A stretch of DNA of 56,918 nt from positions 1 to 56,918 of the IMG/VR virus record IMGVR_UViG_3300029823_000284. The stretch is one strand, 5' to 3'. How positions within the stretch are numbered: position 1 is the stretch's first letter; every line of letters begins with the position of its first letter. The notes under the pieces are model-generated. The model was not told the origin of the DNA, did no database searches, and saw only the letters and a list, made by a program, of their open reading frames with translations. Source of the DNA: a virus. Lineage: Duplodnaviria > Caudoviricetes. This document shows positions 38,153 to 49,282 of this stretch, piece after piece. A program made the translations under genes and the position numbers.

Positions 38153-38221
38153 GTACAGTATAATTTCCCCCTGCTCGGGGGTGTTTTTATATACACAATT
38201 GCATGAACGGAGGTCTTAAGC

Positions 38222-38662
38222 ATGAATACGGTTTGGAACTGGATACAGATATTTTTTACCGCTGTCGGTGCGTTTCTGGGATGGTTTCTCGGAGGACTTG
38301 ACGGTTTTCTTTACGCACTCATAGCCTTTGTCGCTGTCGACTACTTAACCGGCGTGCTTTGCGCCGTAGTGGATAAGAATTTATGCAGTGAAATTGGCGC
38401 AAAGGGAATTGCAAAAAAAGTACTCATCTTTGCACTGGTAGGTGTGGGACATATCCTCGACACAAAAATACTAGGGGTCGCCGGGGATACTGGCGGCGGT
38501 GCAGTCCGTACGGCGGTGATCTTTTTTTACCTGAGTAACGAAGGTATATCCCTTTTGGAAAACGCAGCACACTTAGGACTGCCAATCCCCGAAAAATTAA
38601 AGTTGGTACTGCAGCAGCTGCACGGGCGGGATGACACGAAGCCGCCTTCAGCTGAGGTGTAA
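38222..38662 (+). CDS. Holin (toxin-secretion/phage lysis family)
   Basis: DYLTGV..S.IG.KGIAKK, NEGISLLEN..GLPIP. Confidence 0.9.
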   Translation: MNTVWNWIQIFFTAVGAFLGWFLGGLDGFLYALIAFVAVDYLTGVLCAVVDKNLCSEIGAKGIAKKVLIFALVGVGHILDTKILGVAGDTGGGAVRTAVIFFYLSNEGISLLENAAHLGLPIPEKLKLVLQQLHGRDDTKPPSAEV

Positions 38663-38686
38663 GAAAAATGCAAGGAGGAATCTATT

Positions 38687-39388
38687 ATGAATCTGCACAA
38701 GCTGATACTTACGAATAATGCCTGTTTTAAGGCAGGCAAAACAATCACGCCGAAGGGCATCATGGTGCACTCGACAGGAGTGAATAATCCATGGCTGAAG
38801 CGCTATGTTGGACCGGACGATGGCTTGCTTGGGAAAAACCAGAATAACAATCATTGGAACCAAGACAAACCAGATGGTCGGCAGGTCTGCGTTCACGGCT
38901 TTATCGGTAAATTGGCAGATGGAAGCATCGCCACTTATCAGACACTTCCGTGGAATCACAGAGGTTGGCATGCGGGAGGCAGCGCCAATGATACACATAT
39001 TGGATTAGAGATTTGCGAGGACAGCCTAACCGATGCCTCGTATTTTAGTGCCGTTTACAACGAAGCTATTGAACTTTGCGTGTATCTTTGCAAGCTTTAC
39101 GGTTTTACCGAGAAGGATATCATCGGCCACTATGAGGGATACCAGAAAGGAATAGCCAGTAATCATGGAGATCCAAAAAACTGGTTTTCTAAGTATAGTA
39201 AAAGCATGGATACTTTTAGAGCCGATGTAAAGAGGGCTTTAGAAAATGAGATTAAGCCTTCAACACCGAAAACAAATAAGTACTATCGGGTTCAGATTGG
39301 GGCTTATTCCGTTAAAGCAAATGCCGAGGCACAACTTGCGAGGGCAAAAAAGGCAGGGTTTACTGACGCCTATATAAAATACGATTGA
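38687..39388 (+). CDS. N-acetylmuramoyl-L-alanine amidase endolysin with SPOR-like domain
   Basis: IMVHSTG, WHAGG, IGLEICE, HGDP; YRVQIGAYS..NAE. Confidence 0.9.
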   Translation: MNLHKLILTNNACFKAGKTITPKGIMVHSTGVNNPWLKRYVGPDDGLLGKNQNNNHWNQDKPDGRQVCVHGFIGKLADGSIATYQTLPWNHRGWHAGGSANDTHIGLEICEDSLTDASYFSAVYNEAIELCVYLCKLYGFTEKDIIGHYEGYQKGIASNHGDPKNWFSKYSKSMDTFRADVKRALENEIKPSTPKTNKYYRVQIGAYSVKANAEAQLARAKKAGFTDAYIKYD

Positions 39389-39398
39389 TGATATGTAT

Positions 39399-39436
39399 GG
39401 CTCGGGGGGTGTGAAAGCTCCTCGAGCTATTTTTTT
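39399..39436 (+). terminator. Intrinsic terminator after lysis genes
   Basis: GGCTCGGGGG..CTCCTCGAGCT followed by T7. Confidence 0.7.
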
Positions 39437-39449
39437 ATGCTCTTTTAGG

Positions 39450-39501
39450 GGGTTCGAACAGCACGGTTTTTTTGCATATAGGTGCAGGAGCCTTTCCTGC
39501 A
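39450..39501 (+). promoter_or_regulatory. Conserved motif copy 3 plus short hairpin
   Basis: GGGTTCGA-acagcacggt-TTTTTTGCATAT then TGCAGGA..TCCTGCA stem. Confidence 0.7.
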
Positions 39502-39520
39502 GATTTGGAGGTCAGCCTAT

Positions 39521-39742
39521 ATGCAAATTACAAAAATTATAGATATGCCAAATGCGCCGTTCGTTTCAAAACGTAAGCCTTTGACGGAAGAGGAGCTTCA
39601 AAGGGAATTCGATTACTGGAGAGCAGAAAAGATACTCCAACAGATGATGAAGAAAGGCCTAATTTCGGAAGCGGAATTCAACAAAATTATGGCTCTTAAT
39701 CGCGAATCTTTCTCCCCTATGTTAGCACAGATTATGCCTTAA
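39521..39742 (+). CDS. SHOCT-like small protein (candidate recombination directionality factor)
   Basis: EFDYWRAEKIL..KGLISEAEFNKI..NRESFSP; GGAGG RBS; precedes recombinases. Confidence 0.72.
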   Translation: MQITKIIDMPNAPFVSKRKPLTEEELQREFDYWRAEKILQQMMKKGLISEAEFNKIMALNRESFSPMLAQIMP

Positions 39743-39803
39743 ATCCTTGATATACAGGGTACTCAGAGGTAATATGTCACATACCCGAGGGGAGGTGAAA
39801 AGG

Positions 39804-41369
39804 GTGAGAAAGGTAACGAAAATATCATCAGATATGGCATTTGCCGCCATGAAACCAAAACTGCGAGTTGCTGCTTATGCCCGAGTTTCAACAGACAGCG
39901 ATGAGCAGCTAGTCAGTTTGGAGACACAAAAGACCCATTATGAATCCTATATAAAGGCAAATCCGGAATGGGAGTTTGCAGGCATTTATTATGATGAAGG
40001 CATTACTGGCACGAAAAAAGAAAAGCGGACGGAACTGTTACGGCTCATATCAGACTGTGAAAACAAGAAGATAGATTTTATTGTGACCAAGTCCATCAGC
40101 AGATTCGCAAGAAATACTACAGACTTCCTGGAACTTGTAAGAAAGCTGACGGATCTTGGAGTCTTCATTTACTTCGAGAAGGAAAACATCAACACCGGCT
40201 CCATGGACAGTGAGCTGATGCTGACTATATTAAGCAGCTTAGCCGAAAGCGAATCTATTTCTATTTCAGAGAATAATAAATGGTCCATTCAGAGACGGTT
40301 TAGAAACGGGACATATAAGCTGTCATATCCGCCTTACGGATATGATTATGTGGATGGTCATATTGTTGTAAATAAAGAACAGGCAGAAGTTGTTAAGCGT
40401 ATATTTTCTCAAGCCTTATCCGGGAAAGGAACCCAGAAAATTGCCGATGGCTTGAATGCTGATGGTATTGCTGCAAAAAGGGGAAATCACTGGACGGCTA
40501 CTACCATTCGAGGCATTCTTGGCAATGAAAAGTATATCGGTGATGTGATACTACAAAAAACCTATACGGATGAGCATTTTAACAGGCATTATAACTACGG
40601 CGAAAGGGATCGGTACCTAATTGAAAATCACCATGAGGCAATTATCAGCAGAGAGGATTTCGAAGCTGTAGAAGAGGTTTTAAACCAACGTGGAAAAGAA
40701 AAAGGCGTTAAAAAAGGAAGCAGCAAATACCAAAACCGCTATCTCCTCTCTGGAAAGATAAAGTGTTCCGAATGTGGGAGTACTTTTAAACGAAGAATTC
40801 ATGGCAGCGGCAATGGCAAGTATATTGCCTGGTGCTGTTCCAAACATATTCATACCGTTACAGCGTGTTCGATGCGTTTTATTCGAGAGGACGCAATTTA
40901 TCAGGCCTTTGTAGCTATGATCAATAAGCTCATCTTCGGGCATAAGATTGTTCTTAAACCATTATTACAAAGCTTAAGGGCGGTAAACTATTCAGATAAT
41001 CTTGTTCAGATGCAGGAACTTGAAACGAAGATCGAAGATAATATGGAGCGGAGTCAGGTGCTGATGAGTCTTATGACGAAAGGATACCTGGAACCTGCTC
41101 TTTTTAATAAACAAAATAATGTACTACGTAAGGAAGCAGAAATGCTGAAAGACCAAAAAGAAGCCCTTTCCCGTTCAATTAACGGTGGAATGACTATGGT
41201 GGCAGAAGTAGAGCAGCTCTTAAAGTATGTTGCAAAGGCAGAGTTTATTGATTGCTTTGATGAAAAACTTTTTAACCGCTATGTAGAGAAAATCATTGTT
41301 TTCTCACAAGTGGAGATAGGCTTTAAAATGAAATGCGGAGTTACGCTTAAGGAAAGGCTGGTGAGATAA
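39804..41369 (+). CDS. Large serine recombinase 1
   Basis: [22 protein letters not shown], zinc ribbon CSECG. Confidence 0.93.
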   Translation: MRKVTKISSDMAFAAMKPKLRVAAYARVSTDSDEQLVSLETQKTHYESYIKANPEWEFAGIYYDEGITGTKKEKRTELLRLISDCENKKIDFIVTKSISRFARNTTDFLELVRKLTDLGVFIYFEKENINTGSMDSELMLTILSSLAESESISISENNKWSIQRRFRNGTYKLSYPPYGYDYVDGHIVVNKEQAEVVKRIFSQALSGKGTQKIADGLNADGIAAKRGNHWTATTIRGILGNEKYIGDVILQKTYTDEHFNRHYNYGERDRYLIENHHEAIISREDFEAVEEVLNQRGKEKGVKKGSSKYQNRYLLSGKIKCSECGSTFKRRIHGSGNGKYIAWCCSKHIHTVTACSMRFIREDAIYQAFVAMINKLIFGHKIVLKPLLQSLRAVNYSDNLVQMQELETKIEDNMERSQVLMSLMTKGYLEPALFNKQNNVLRKEAEMLKDQKEALSRSINGGMTMVAEVEQLLKYVAKAEFIDCFDEKLFNRYVEKIIVFSQVEIGFKMKCGVTLKERLVR

Positions 41370-41797
41370 TGGGTCATACACCTTACGGATATTTTATTCA
41401 AAATGGAAAAGCAGTCATCGATGAGATGAAGGCAGTACAGGTAAGGGATTTGTATCAAGCATATCTCTCGGGACTCTCTTTAAGAGATGCTTCGAAAAAA
41501 GCAGGTATTAACCGTTATCATGCAACTATTGCCAAAATGCTGACGAATAAGAAGTATCTTGGGGATGAGTACTATCCTCCGATTATCGACAAATACACTT
41601 TTGAACAGGCCCAGGCAGAAAGGTTAAGGCGGGCTCAGATGCTTGGCAGAATACGAAAACCCAAAATGAAAGAGGATGTATCCCAATCTCTGAATTTCAC
41701 AGTCCCTACACCAAAACAGCTTTATGACGATCCATTTAAACAAGCAGAATATGCTTACAGTTTAATAGAAAGTGAGGTGACAATAGATGGCGATTAA
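41369..41797 (+). CDS. Small recombinase-domain protein
   Basis: [19 protein letters not shown]; lacks the catalytic domain. Confidence 0.8.
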   Translation: MGHTPYGYFIQNGKAVIDEMKAVQVRDLYQAYLSGLSLRDASKKAGINRYHATIAKMLTNKKYLGDEYYPPIIDKYTFEQAQAERLRRAQMLGRIRKPKMKEDVSQSLNFTVPTPKQLYDDPFKQAEYAYSLIESEVTIDGD

Positions 41798-43352
41798 TAG
41801 AAATGTTACAGTAATACCGGCACGTACCCGTATTGGAAATAACATAAAAACCGAAACTAGACCGAAACTACGTGTCGCTGCTTACTGCCGGGTATCTACT
41901 GACAGTGATGAACAGGCTACCAGCTATGAGGTTCAGATTGAGCATTACACGAACTACATTAAAAATAATCCCGAATGGGATCTGGCCGGAATATTTGCGG
42001 ATGATGGAATCTCGGGAACAAATACCAAAAAGCGTGAGGAATTTAACCGCATGATTGAAGAATGTATGGAAGGCAAAATCGATATGATTATAACCAAGTC
42101 TATCAGCCGATTTGCCAGAAATACGCTGGATTGTTTGAAATATATTCGGCAGCTAAAAGATAAAAACATTCCTGTTTTCTTTGAAAAAGAGAACATTAAC
42201 ACCATGGACTCCAAAGGTGAGATCATGCTCACCATCATGGCATCATTGGCTCAGCAGGAAAGCCAGTCTTTAAGCCAAAACGTGAAGCTGGGCATTCAAT
42301 ACCGTTACCAGCAAGGGGAAATACAAGTCAATCACAAGAGGTTTTTAGGATACACGAAAGACGAAAATAAACGGCTGGTTATTGTTCCTGAAGAAGCGGA
42401 AGTGGTAAAGCGTATCTACCGTGAGTATCTTGAAGGAGCAAGCCTTCTGCAGATAGCACGAGGTCTGGAAGCAGACGGAATTCTTACTGCGGCCAATAAA
42501 CCAAAGTGGAGACCGGAAACGCTGAGGAAGATACTGCAAAATGAAAAGTATATCGGTGACGCGCTACTACAAAAGACTTACACAGTTGATTTCCTCTCAA
42601 AGAAACGGGTGGTTAATAACGGTATTGTTCCTCAGTATTATGTAGAAAACAGCCATGAACCTATTATCCCGCGTGAAATTTTCATGCAGGTTCAGGAAGA
42701 AATGGTTCGAAGAGCAAATTTGCATTCAGGAAAAGGCGGAAAGAAGAGAGTATACAGCAGTAAATACGCTCTTTCTAGTATCGTGTACTGCGGAGAGTGC
42801 GGAGAAATTTACAGGCGGGTTCATTGGAACAACCGAGGATATAAGTCCATTGTCTGGAGATGTGTTAGTAGACTTGAGGAAAAAGGTTCAGACTGTACTT
42901 CCCCGACTATTAATGAGGAAACGTTACAAACAGCGGTTGTAAAAGCTATCAACGAGGTACTAGCCAGCAAGAACACTTTCCTCTCCATATTGCAGGACAA
43001 TATTGCTACCGTCTTAAATGAAGAAAATGACAAGGCTACGGATGAGATTGATAGAAAATTAGATGAACTGCAGAATGAGCTTCTTAGACTGGCAAACTCA
43101 AAGGCTGATTATAACGAAGTGGCTGATGAGATTTACCGCCTGCGAGAACTAAAGCAAAATGCGCTAGTTGAGAATGCAGAGCGTGAAGGAAAGAGACAGC
43201 GGATCGCTGAAATGACAGACTTCTTAAGCCAGCAGTCATGCGAGCTTCAGGAATATGATGAACAACTGGTAAGGCGGCTTATTGAAAGAATTACTGTATT
43301 TGACGACAAGATGACCATTGAGTTTAAATCCAGCGTTAAGATCAATCTTTAA
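41787..43352 (+). CDS. Large serine recombinase 2
   Basis: [26 protein letters not shown]. Confidence 0.93.
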   Translation: MAINRNVTVIPARTRIGNNIKTETRPKLRVAAYCRVSTDSDEQATSYEVQIEHYTNYIKNNPEWDLAGIFADDGISGTNTKKREEFNRMIEECMEGKIDMIITKSISRFARNTLDCLKYIRQLKDKNIPVFFEKENINTMDSKGEIMLTIMASLAQQESQSLSQNVKLGIQYRYQQGEIQVNHKRFLGYTKDENKRLVIVPEEAEVVKRIYREYLEGASLLQIARGLEADGILTAANKPKWRPETLRKILQNEKYIGDALLQKTYTVDFLSKKRVVNNGIVPQYYVENSHEPIIPREIFMQVQEEMVRRANLHSGKGGKKRVYSSKYALSSIVYCGECGEIYRRVHWNNRGYKSIVWRCVSRLEEKGSDCTSPTINEETLQTAVVKAINEVLASKNTFLSILQDNIATVLNEENDKATDEIDRKLDELQNELLRLANSKADYNEVADEIYRLRELKQNALVENAEREGKRQRIAEMTDFLSQQSCELQEYDEQLVRRLIERITVFDDKMTIEFKSSVKINL

Positions 43353-43367
43353 ATGTAAATACATTAT

Positions 43368-43410
43368 GGCCACCGGCTGAGGATTAATACCCTACTGGTG
43401 GCTTATTTTT
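43368..43410 (+). terminator. Intrinsic terminator after recombinases
   Basis: GGCCACCGG..CTGGTGGCT followed by T-rich tail. Confidence 0.65.
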
Positions 43411-43475
43411 ATACAGATTAGTTATACAAATATTTATACAAATGTATAGACAAATATAAAAAATAGGAATATACT
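43409..43475 (+). promoter_or_regulatory. Promoter overlapped by TATACAAAT-like direct repeats
   Basis: TAGACA (43447), 17 bp, TATACT (43470); repeats at 43409, 43422, 43434, 43446. Confidence 0.6.
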
Positions 43476-43497
43476 GATTTTAGCGAGGTGGATAATA

Positions 43498-43899
43498 ATG
43501 GATATAAAAATTGATGCCTTAATTCCATTTGATACATTACAGACAGATTTGGAGAATGTATTTTCGGTTGTTGAAAAAAATGGGAAGGTAGTTCTGCTTA
43601 AGGATAATAAACCTGTTTATATAATTTTGAAATATGATGCCTTCCAGCCTACTGTTACAAATACAATTCCAACTGAAACTGCCAGCTATACACTCCAGGA
43701 AGCCATGAAGATTGTTTTGTCAGAGGCAGAGAATTACACTATGCATGCATCTAAACTTGCGGATGAGATATATGAACGTAGGTTGTATTTACAGAAAAAC
43801 GGGAAGAAAGCACAGTATACCCAGATTAGGGCGAGATGTGGGCATTATCCGGATATGTTTGAAGCGCTCCCAGGAAACTACATCAAACTGAAAGGATGA
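43498..43899 (+). CDS. Phd/YefM-like N-terminus fused to winged-HTH domain
   Basis: VFSVVEKNGKVVLLKDNKPVYII; TLQEAMKIVL..LADEIYER.LY..QIRAR..YPDMF. Confidence 0.65.
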   Translation: MDIKIDALIPFDTLQTDLENVFSVVEKNGKVVLLKDNKPVYIILKYDAFQPTVTNTIPTETASYTLQEAMKIVLSEAENYTMHASKLADEIYERRLYLQKNGKKAQYTQIRARCGHYPDMFEALPGNYIKLKG

Positions 43900-43905
43900 G
43901 TGAAT

Positions 43906-44115
43906 ATGGCTACATACAAAGAGATACAAGAATATGTAAAGGCCACTTTTGGATATACGCCGAAAACATGCTGGATAGCACATTCCAAAGAAGTTTATGG
44001 TCTGTCTCCGAAGGTTGCAAACAATAGAAATGACATGAATAAACGCGAGTATCCTTGCCCGGCTGAAAAGCAAGAGGATATAAGAAAGGCATTTAAGCAT
44101 TTTGGGATGCTTTAA
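43906..44115 (+). CDS. Small protein resembling the C-terminal extension of some RlmD/RumA proteins
   Basis: ATYKEIQEYV..WIAH.K..YGL..CPAEKQEDIRKAFKHFGML. Confidence 0.6.
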   Translation: MATYKEIQEYVKATFGYTPKTCWIAHSKEVYGLSPKVANNRNDMNKREYPCPAEKQEDIRKAFKHFGML

Positions 44116-44183
44116 TTGCACAGTTAATAGTACAAGCTTGTATGGTAAAGTTTACCTAATATTAAGATGAATGGAGAACAGTT

Positions 44184-46739
44184 ATGAGCGATTTACAGTC
44201 ACTTTCGGAATTGTATCAAAATAAATTGTTTCGTATCCCAGATTACCAAAGAGGATATGCCTGGAAACAGGAGCAGCTTGTAGATTTTTGGGATGATATC
44301 TTGAATCTTCAGGAAGATAGGTATCATTATACTGGTTTATTATCATTAAAAGCTGTTGCGAAGGCCGAATCAAAGGGTTGGAGCAACGATAAGTGGTTAC
44401 TTGATTCAGGATATAAGGCCTATCATGTAGTTGATGGGCAGCAACGACTTACCACCTTTTCGATCCTAGTAAATGAGATTGTTTCTTTTGTTAAAGGTTT
44501 AGAGTGCAACGGGGGAAAGACGGATGAGGAGATAGTCCTTTGCTATCAAACCCTTAAAGCTATCCGTTCCAAATATATATCGCAGAAACGACCCCCGCAA
44601 AACCTTATCACTACATACCTTTTTGGATATGAGGTTGACAATCCTAGCGCAGATTATCTTACATACAAAATATTTGAGGAACCGTTTAGCGGTACAGTGA
44701 ATGAAACATATTATACGAAAAATCTGAAGTACGCAAAAGAATTCTTTTTGGATTGTTTGAAAAAACTGTATGCAGCTGAGGGTATAGATGGTATAGAAGC
44801 TGTTTTCCGTAAAATCACTTTACAACTGATGTTTAATATTCATGAGATTGAAGATGACTATGATGTTTTTGTAGCTTTTGAAACAATGAACAATCGTGGT
44901 AAAAAGCTTACGAATCTTGAACTTCTGAAAAACAGACTTATCTATCTGACTACACTTTATGATACTGATAAATTGGATGCGATGGATAAAGCTGAATTAC
45001 GTAAGCAGATCAATGATGCCTGGAAAGAGGTGTATTATCAATTAGGCAGAAATCAGAATTCACCGCTATCAGATGATGAGTTCTTAAGGGCGCATTGGAT
45101 TATGTATTTCCAATACTCCCGTAAAAAAGGCGATGACTATATCAAGTTTCTTCTTAATAAGTTTTCAGCTAAAAACATCTTTGATAAGCAGATAGTTGCC
45201 ATCGAAGAAGAAGTGGCAGAAACTGTTGAGACGGACATTGAAGAAGACGATGATGTGCCACAGCCTACAGAGCCAGAAGCAGAAACAGTAACGACTATCA
45301 GTAAATTAGAGCCTGGAGAAATAGCAGCCTACGTTAATAGCCTAAAAAGCGTTGCAAAATACTGGTTCTATACTTTTTTTCCTGAATTTAGTGATTTAAC
45401 TCACGAAGAAAAAGTTTGGATTGAACGCCTTAATCGTATAGGTATAGGTTATTTTAGACCACTTGTCGCAGCATCATTAACTCCGGACGCAAATGCCACC
45501 CCAGAAGAACGTGTTGAGTTTTTCCGTGCTGCGGAGCGTTTTATTTTCTTATCATTTAGAATGGCAGCATTCCAGTCTAGTTATAAAAGTAGCGATTATT
45601 ACCGCAAGACACGCGATGTATATACAGGTGAACTTTCTTTAAGCGAAGTTACTAAATCGTTAATGGAAACTGCAACTAGTGATATGGATTATGCGATTAA
45701 GAACTTTATGACCCGGATCGATAAACGCTTTTCAAATGGCGATGGTTTTTATGGTTGGCGCGATCTTCGTTATTTGCTTTTTGAATATGAATATGAAAAG
45801 GCAGAAGAAACAGGAATAGAAAAGCTGGGATGGGCTCCATTTACAAAAGTAGAAAAAGATAAAGTATCGATTGAGCATATCCTCCCCCAGACACCAACTA
45901 AATGGTACTGGAAAAATCAGTTCCGTAAGTACACAGAAGATGAGATAAAGATACTTTCTGGTTCGCTTGGCAATTTATTACCGTTGTCTCAGAGTGTAAA
46001 CTCTGCATTGCAGAATGATAGTTTCTCAGATAAAAAATCATCAAACAGCATTGGTAGACGTGGTTATGAGGACGGATCGCACTCCGAAATAGAAGTGTCT
46101 CGAGAAGCCGATTGGGATGCAGAGCGCATATTAAAACGTGGTATTAAGCTTCTAAAATTTGTCGAAACCCGTTGGAACATCCAATTTAAAGATGAAACAC
46201 AGATGCTTGATCTGCTTCATATATCCTTTGTAAATGATGGCCGTGCTGATGTGCCCGAAATACCAGAGCCAGAATTTGAAGAAACAACCGACCAGCCTTC
46301 AGAAACAACAAGAGTACTTTCTGAACGGCATCTATTGCGAATGGATTTTTGGACTAATTTTGTACAGTACTGTCGCAATAATGGGCGTGGAGAGGACATT
46401 GCATCTCGAAAACCATCATATGACGACTGGTACGATGTTTCGGTTAGCAATCCAAACTATCACATTTTCTTTCAGCTTGTTAGAAAGAAAATATTGCGTA
46501 TTGGTATTTATGTGTATCGCCCAGAGTATTTTTCTAAGCTTGAATCTAAAAAGACTGAAATTGAAAGCGTATTTGGTGCTCCCCTAGAGTGGTATACAAG
46601 TCGGGAAAAAAGTGTAGCAAAGAGGATTCTTTACTCTGAAGAAAAAGATATTCATAATCCTGAACTGTATCAGCAGCATTTTGAATGGCTCATCAATCAC
46701 TTTGATAAGCTTAAAAGTGCTCTTGATGCAATCGTTTAA
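44184..46739 (+). CDS. GmrSD-like DUF262/DUF1524 nuclease with DUF4268-like C-terminus
   Basis: [43 protein letters not shown]. Confidence 0.88.
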   Translation: MSDLQSLSELYQNKLFRIPDYQRGYAWKQEQLVDFWDDILNLQEDRYHYTGLLSLKAVAKAESKGWSNDKWLLDSGYKAYHVVDGQQRLTTFSILVNEIVSFVKGLECNGGKTDEEIVLCYQTLKAIRSKYISQKRPPQNLITTYLFGYEVDNPSADYLTYKIFEEPFSGTVNETYYTKNLKYAKEFFLDCLKKLYAAEGIDGIEAVFRKITLQLMFNIHEIEDDYDVFVAFETMNNRGKKLTNLELLKNRLIYLTTLYDTDKLDAMDKAELRKQINDAWKEVYYQLGRNQNSPLSDDEFLRAHWIMYFQYSRKKGDDYIKFLLNKFSAKNIFDKQIVAIEEEVAETVETDIEEDDDVPQPTEPEAETVTTISKLEPGEIAAYVNSLKSVAKYWFYTFFPEFSDLTHEEKVWIERLNRIGIGYFRPLVAASLTPDANATPEERVEFFRAAERFIFLSFRMAAFQSSYKSSDYYRKTRDVYTGELSLSEVTKSLMETATSDMDYAIKNFMTRIDKRFSNGDGFYGWRDLRYLLFEYEYEKAEETGIEKLGWAPFTKVEKDKVSIEHILPQTPTKWYWKNQFRKYTEDEIKILSGSLGNLLPLSQSVNSALQNDSFSDKKSSNSIGRRGYEDGSHSEIEVSREADWDAERILKRGIKLLKFVETRWNIQFKDETQMLDLLHISFVNDGRADVPEIPEPEFEETTDQPSETTRVLSERHLLRMDFWTNFVQYCRNNGRGEDIASRKPSYDDWYDVSVSNPNYHIFFQLVRKKILRIGIYVYRPEYFSKLESKKTEIESVFGAPLEWYTSREKSVAKRILYSEEKDIHNPELYQQHFEWLINHFDKLKSALDAIV

Positions 46740-46758
46740 TGAAGGGAGGGAAAACTGA

Positions 46759-48384
46759 TTGATTGGTGCAATTATTGGGGATGTAGTTGGCTCTCGATTT
46801 GAGTTTAATAATCATAGAGATAAAGACTTCGAACTATTTACAGAAGACTGCCAGGTTACAGATGACAGTATTATGACTCTTGCAGTTGCAAAAGCAATTA
46901 TGGAAGCAGAGAAAATAATCAAACCTTCAGTTGGCGGTTATGATTTTGATAGCGACTATTACTCGCTGATTGAAAAAATGACTATTAAATATATGCAGGA
47001 AATTGGGCGTAAATATCCCAATTGTGGTTACGGTGGGATGTTCTCAAAATGGGTTTTTAGTGATGATCCTCAACCCTACAACAGCTTTGGAAATGGTGCG
47101 GCTATGCGGATAAGTCCGGTAGGTTTTGCAGCAAGGACAGAAAGCGAAGCTTGCAGGCTCTCTGAAGTTGTAACTGGAGTGACGCATGATCATGAAGAGG
47201 GCATAAAGGGTGCAGAAGCTACTGCGGTAGCAATTTACATGGCACGTCGTGGATTTACCAAAGGTGAAATTCGAGATAAAATTGAGCGCGATTATTATGC
47301 GTTGGATTTCAGAATAGAAAATATCAGGGGCACTTACAAATTTAACGAGACTTGCCAAGATACCGTACCACAAGCGATTCAGGCTGTTTTAGAATCAACT
47401 TCTTTTGAAGATGCTATACGAACAGCTATTTCCCTTGGTGGCGATAGTGACACACTGGCTGCCATAACAGGTTCTATTGCAGAAGCGTATTATGGAGTGC
47501 CCGAGGAGATCAAAGACAAAGCACTTAATTATCTTGATAGTGATTTGCGGGCTATTTATGATGAGTGGTATGAGTTAATTGGAAATGAAGGTACGATAAA
47601 CAAGCTTAAATTGCTTACAAAATACATTGGTAAAATCTCAGAAGCCGAGTCTTATGGTGAATGGTTTATTGATAAAGAAAATGATGGTACACCTGAGCAT
47701 CCAATCCAAATGCCGTTTGTTAATTTCGGCGATATTGTTAATTCGTTTGTTGGAGATTTTTACCAGTTCTTAGAGGGGCATCCAGAATATCAGCTTACAG
47801 AATATGGTTCGATTCTTGAGGAAAACGGTCTTAAATGGGATGATGCATCTATGCGAAATGCGGATGTCGATGCTTTGAATGAACAATGTTTACTTGCGCT
47901 TATGATGGGTGCAATCCGTGCAGAAAGATTCTGTGATGGAGCGCTTCTAAGCTTTTTCAAAGACGGCTATATGTTGAAATGGCTAAAGCGACTGAAAGCT
48001 ATCGATGACAGCAAGGTTTCAACAACGATTGAGGAAATTTATTTTGAAATAGGTGGATATGGTGGAAATGATACGTATCGAATTACAGTAAATAATAATT
48101 CTGCTACACTTATAACGACACTGTGGTGCGAAGAGCCGATTGAAAAACAATATTCGCCAGAAGAAACAAGAATGCTCCTTAATGCCTTTGAGGACCTTCA
48201 TGTTGGCTACTGGAATAGTGAGTATATAGATCCCTGTGTTTGTGATGGAACGCAATGGGAGCTGGCAGTTAAATATAAGGGGCAGCGAGGTACTGTATGG
48301 GTTGGCAGCAATGCTTATCCAGGTAACTGGGATGACCTCTTGTCCATTTTCGGAATCGATTATGAAGATGATGAAGACGCTTAA
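46759..48384 (+). CDS. ADP-ribosylglycohydrolase with C-terminal accessory domains (DUF6508-like)
   Basis: GDVVGSRFE, TDDSIMT, SFGNGAAMR, THDH, GGDSDT; ERFCDG motif. Confidence 0.88.
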   Translation: MIGAIIGDVVGSRFEFNNHRDKDFELFTEDCQVTDDSIMTLAVAKAIMEAEKIIKPSVGGYDFDSDYYSLIEKMTIKYMQEIGRKYPNCGYGGMFSKWVFSDDPQPYNSFGNGAAMRISPVGFAARTESEACRLSEVVTGVTHDHEEGIKGAEATAVAIYMARRGFTKGEIRDKIERDYYALDFRIENIRGTYKFNETCQDTVPQAIQAVLESTSFEDAIRTAISLGGDSDTLAAITGSIAEAYYGVPEEIKDKALNYLDSDLRAIYDEWYELIGNEGTINKLKLLTKYIGKISEAESYGEWFIDKENDGTPEHPIQMPFVNFGDIVNSFVGDFYQFLEGHPEYQLTEYGSILEENGLKWDDASMRNADVDALNEQCLLALMMGAIRAERFCDGALLSFFKDGYMLKWLKRLKAIDDSKVSTTIEEIYFEIGGYGGNDTYRITVNNNSATLITTLWCEEPIEKQYSPEETRMLLNAFEDLHVGYWNSEYIDPCVCDGTQWELAVKYKGQRGTVWVGSNAYPGNWDDLLSIFGIDYEDDEDA

Positions 48385-48415
48385 ACACATGTTAAAAAGA
48401 ATCTTGAGGTGTTAA

Positions 48416-49252
48416 ATGCTTAGTATTGAGGAATACATTGTCCGCAGGAAAAAAGAAGATAAGCTCAATGAATTTGACCTTGATGCACGTACTCAAAACA
48501 TGAAGCTCTGTGTGGATTATGTATTTGAGTACTTTAATAATTATCTGAATATTAGGGAGGCTGAAGAAAAAACAGTATTACATAGTGAAAAGCTGGAGAA
48601 ATATCGTAAGCAGCTTAGAGAGTATGAGCCTGAAGTTAGAGAATGGGTTGTTGGCATTTATAGTGAGTATGGGAAGCAAATACACAGATACATTGGAAAC
48701 ATTATGAAAGGAAATGAGTTTTTCTTTCTGTATGATACTGATAGTGAATTTAGAAATGCTTCATATGATTGCTACTCAAGGCTTATTAAAAGATTGCCGT
48801 TTCTTAAGGATCAGACCGAAATGCTTTTTCTTTTTATAAAGGACTATCATAGGGTAGAGAGCGAGCAAAGGTTTAATTTCGGAATACCATCAATATCGGA
48901 AGAAATAACTGATTGGATCGATAAAACCTGGGCAAAGCACCAAGTTAATCTTCTTGCCTTTGCTTATGATTGGATTAATAGTTTTTACGAAAATGAGGAT
49001 ATTTGGCCATCAACACATAGAAAGAAGAGCCAATATACTTGGAGAAAGTACGATTACGATTATAGGCAGAAAAGTAATCTCTTTAATCTTGATTCACTAT
49101 ACAGAAAGATGCCAAAAAAATCCTTTATAAAAGGAAGAAAGCAGGAATTCGAGATTTTGTTTATGTACTATTGGCTTCATGATATGGAAGGCGATAATGA
49201 TTATTGGCAAGAGTATATGGACACAGTCCTTCCGAAATTAAAGAATAAATAA
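48416..49252 (+). CDS. Hypothetical protein
   Basis: 278 aa ORF with GAGGTG RBS; no motif recognised. Confidence 0.7.
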   Translation: MLSIEEYIVRRKKEDKLNEFDLDARTQNMKLCVDYVFEYFNNYLNIREAEEKTVLHSEKLEKYRKQLREYEPEVREWVVGIYSEYGKQIHRYIGNIMKGNEFFFLYDTDSEFRNASYDCYSRLIKRLPFLKDQTEMLFLFIKDYHRVESEQRFNFGIPSISEEITDWIDKTWAKHQVNLLAFAYDWINSFYENEDIWPSTHRKKSQYTWRKYDYDYRQKSNLFNLDSLYRKMPKKSFIKGRKQEFEILFMYYWLHDMEGDNDYWQEYMDTVLPKLKNK

Positions 49253-49282
49253 AAATATGATTTAGAAAAAACGAGAGAGGAC

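Larger units (their letters stand above)
1757..43352. mobile_element. Temperate siphovirus-like prophage core (immunity region to serine recombinases); element with cargo probably extends to the att site near 50600 and past the left edge
   Basis: Complete canonical module order: immunity, replication, packaging, head, tail, lysis, recombinases. No obvious frameshifts in core genes. Confidence 0.93.
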
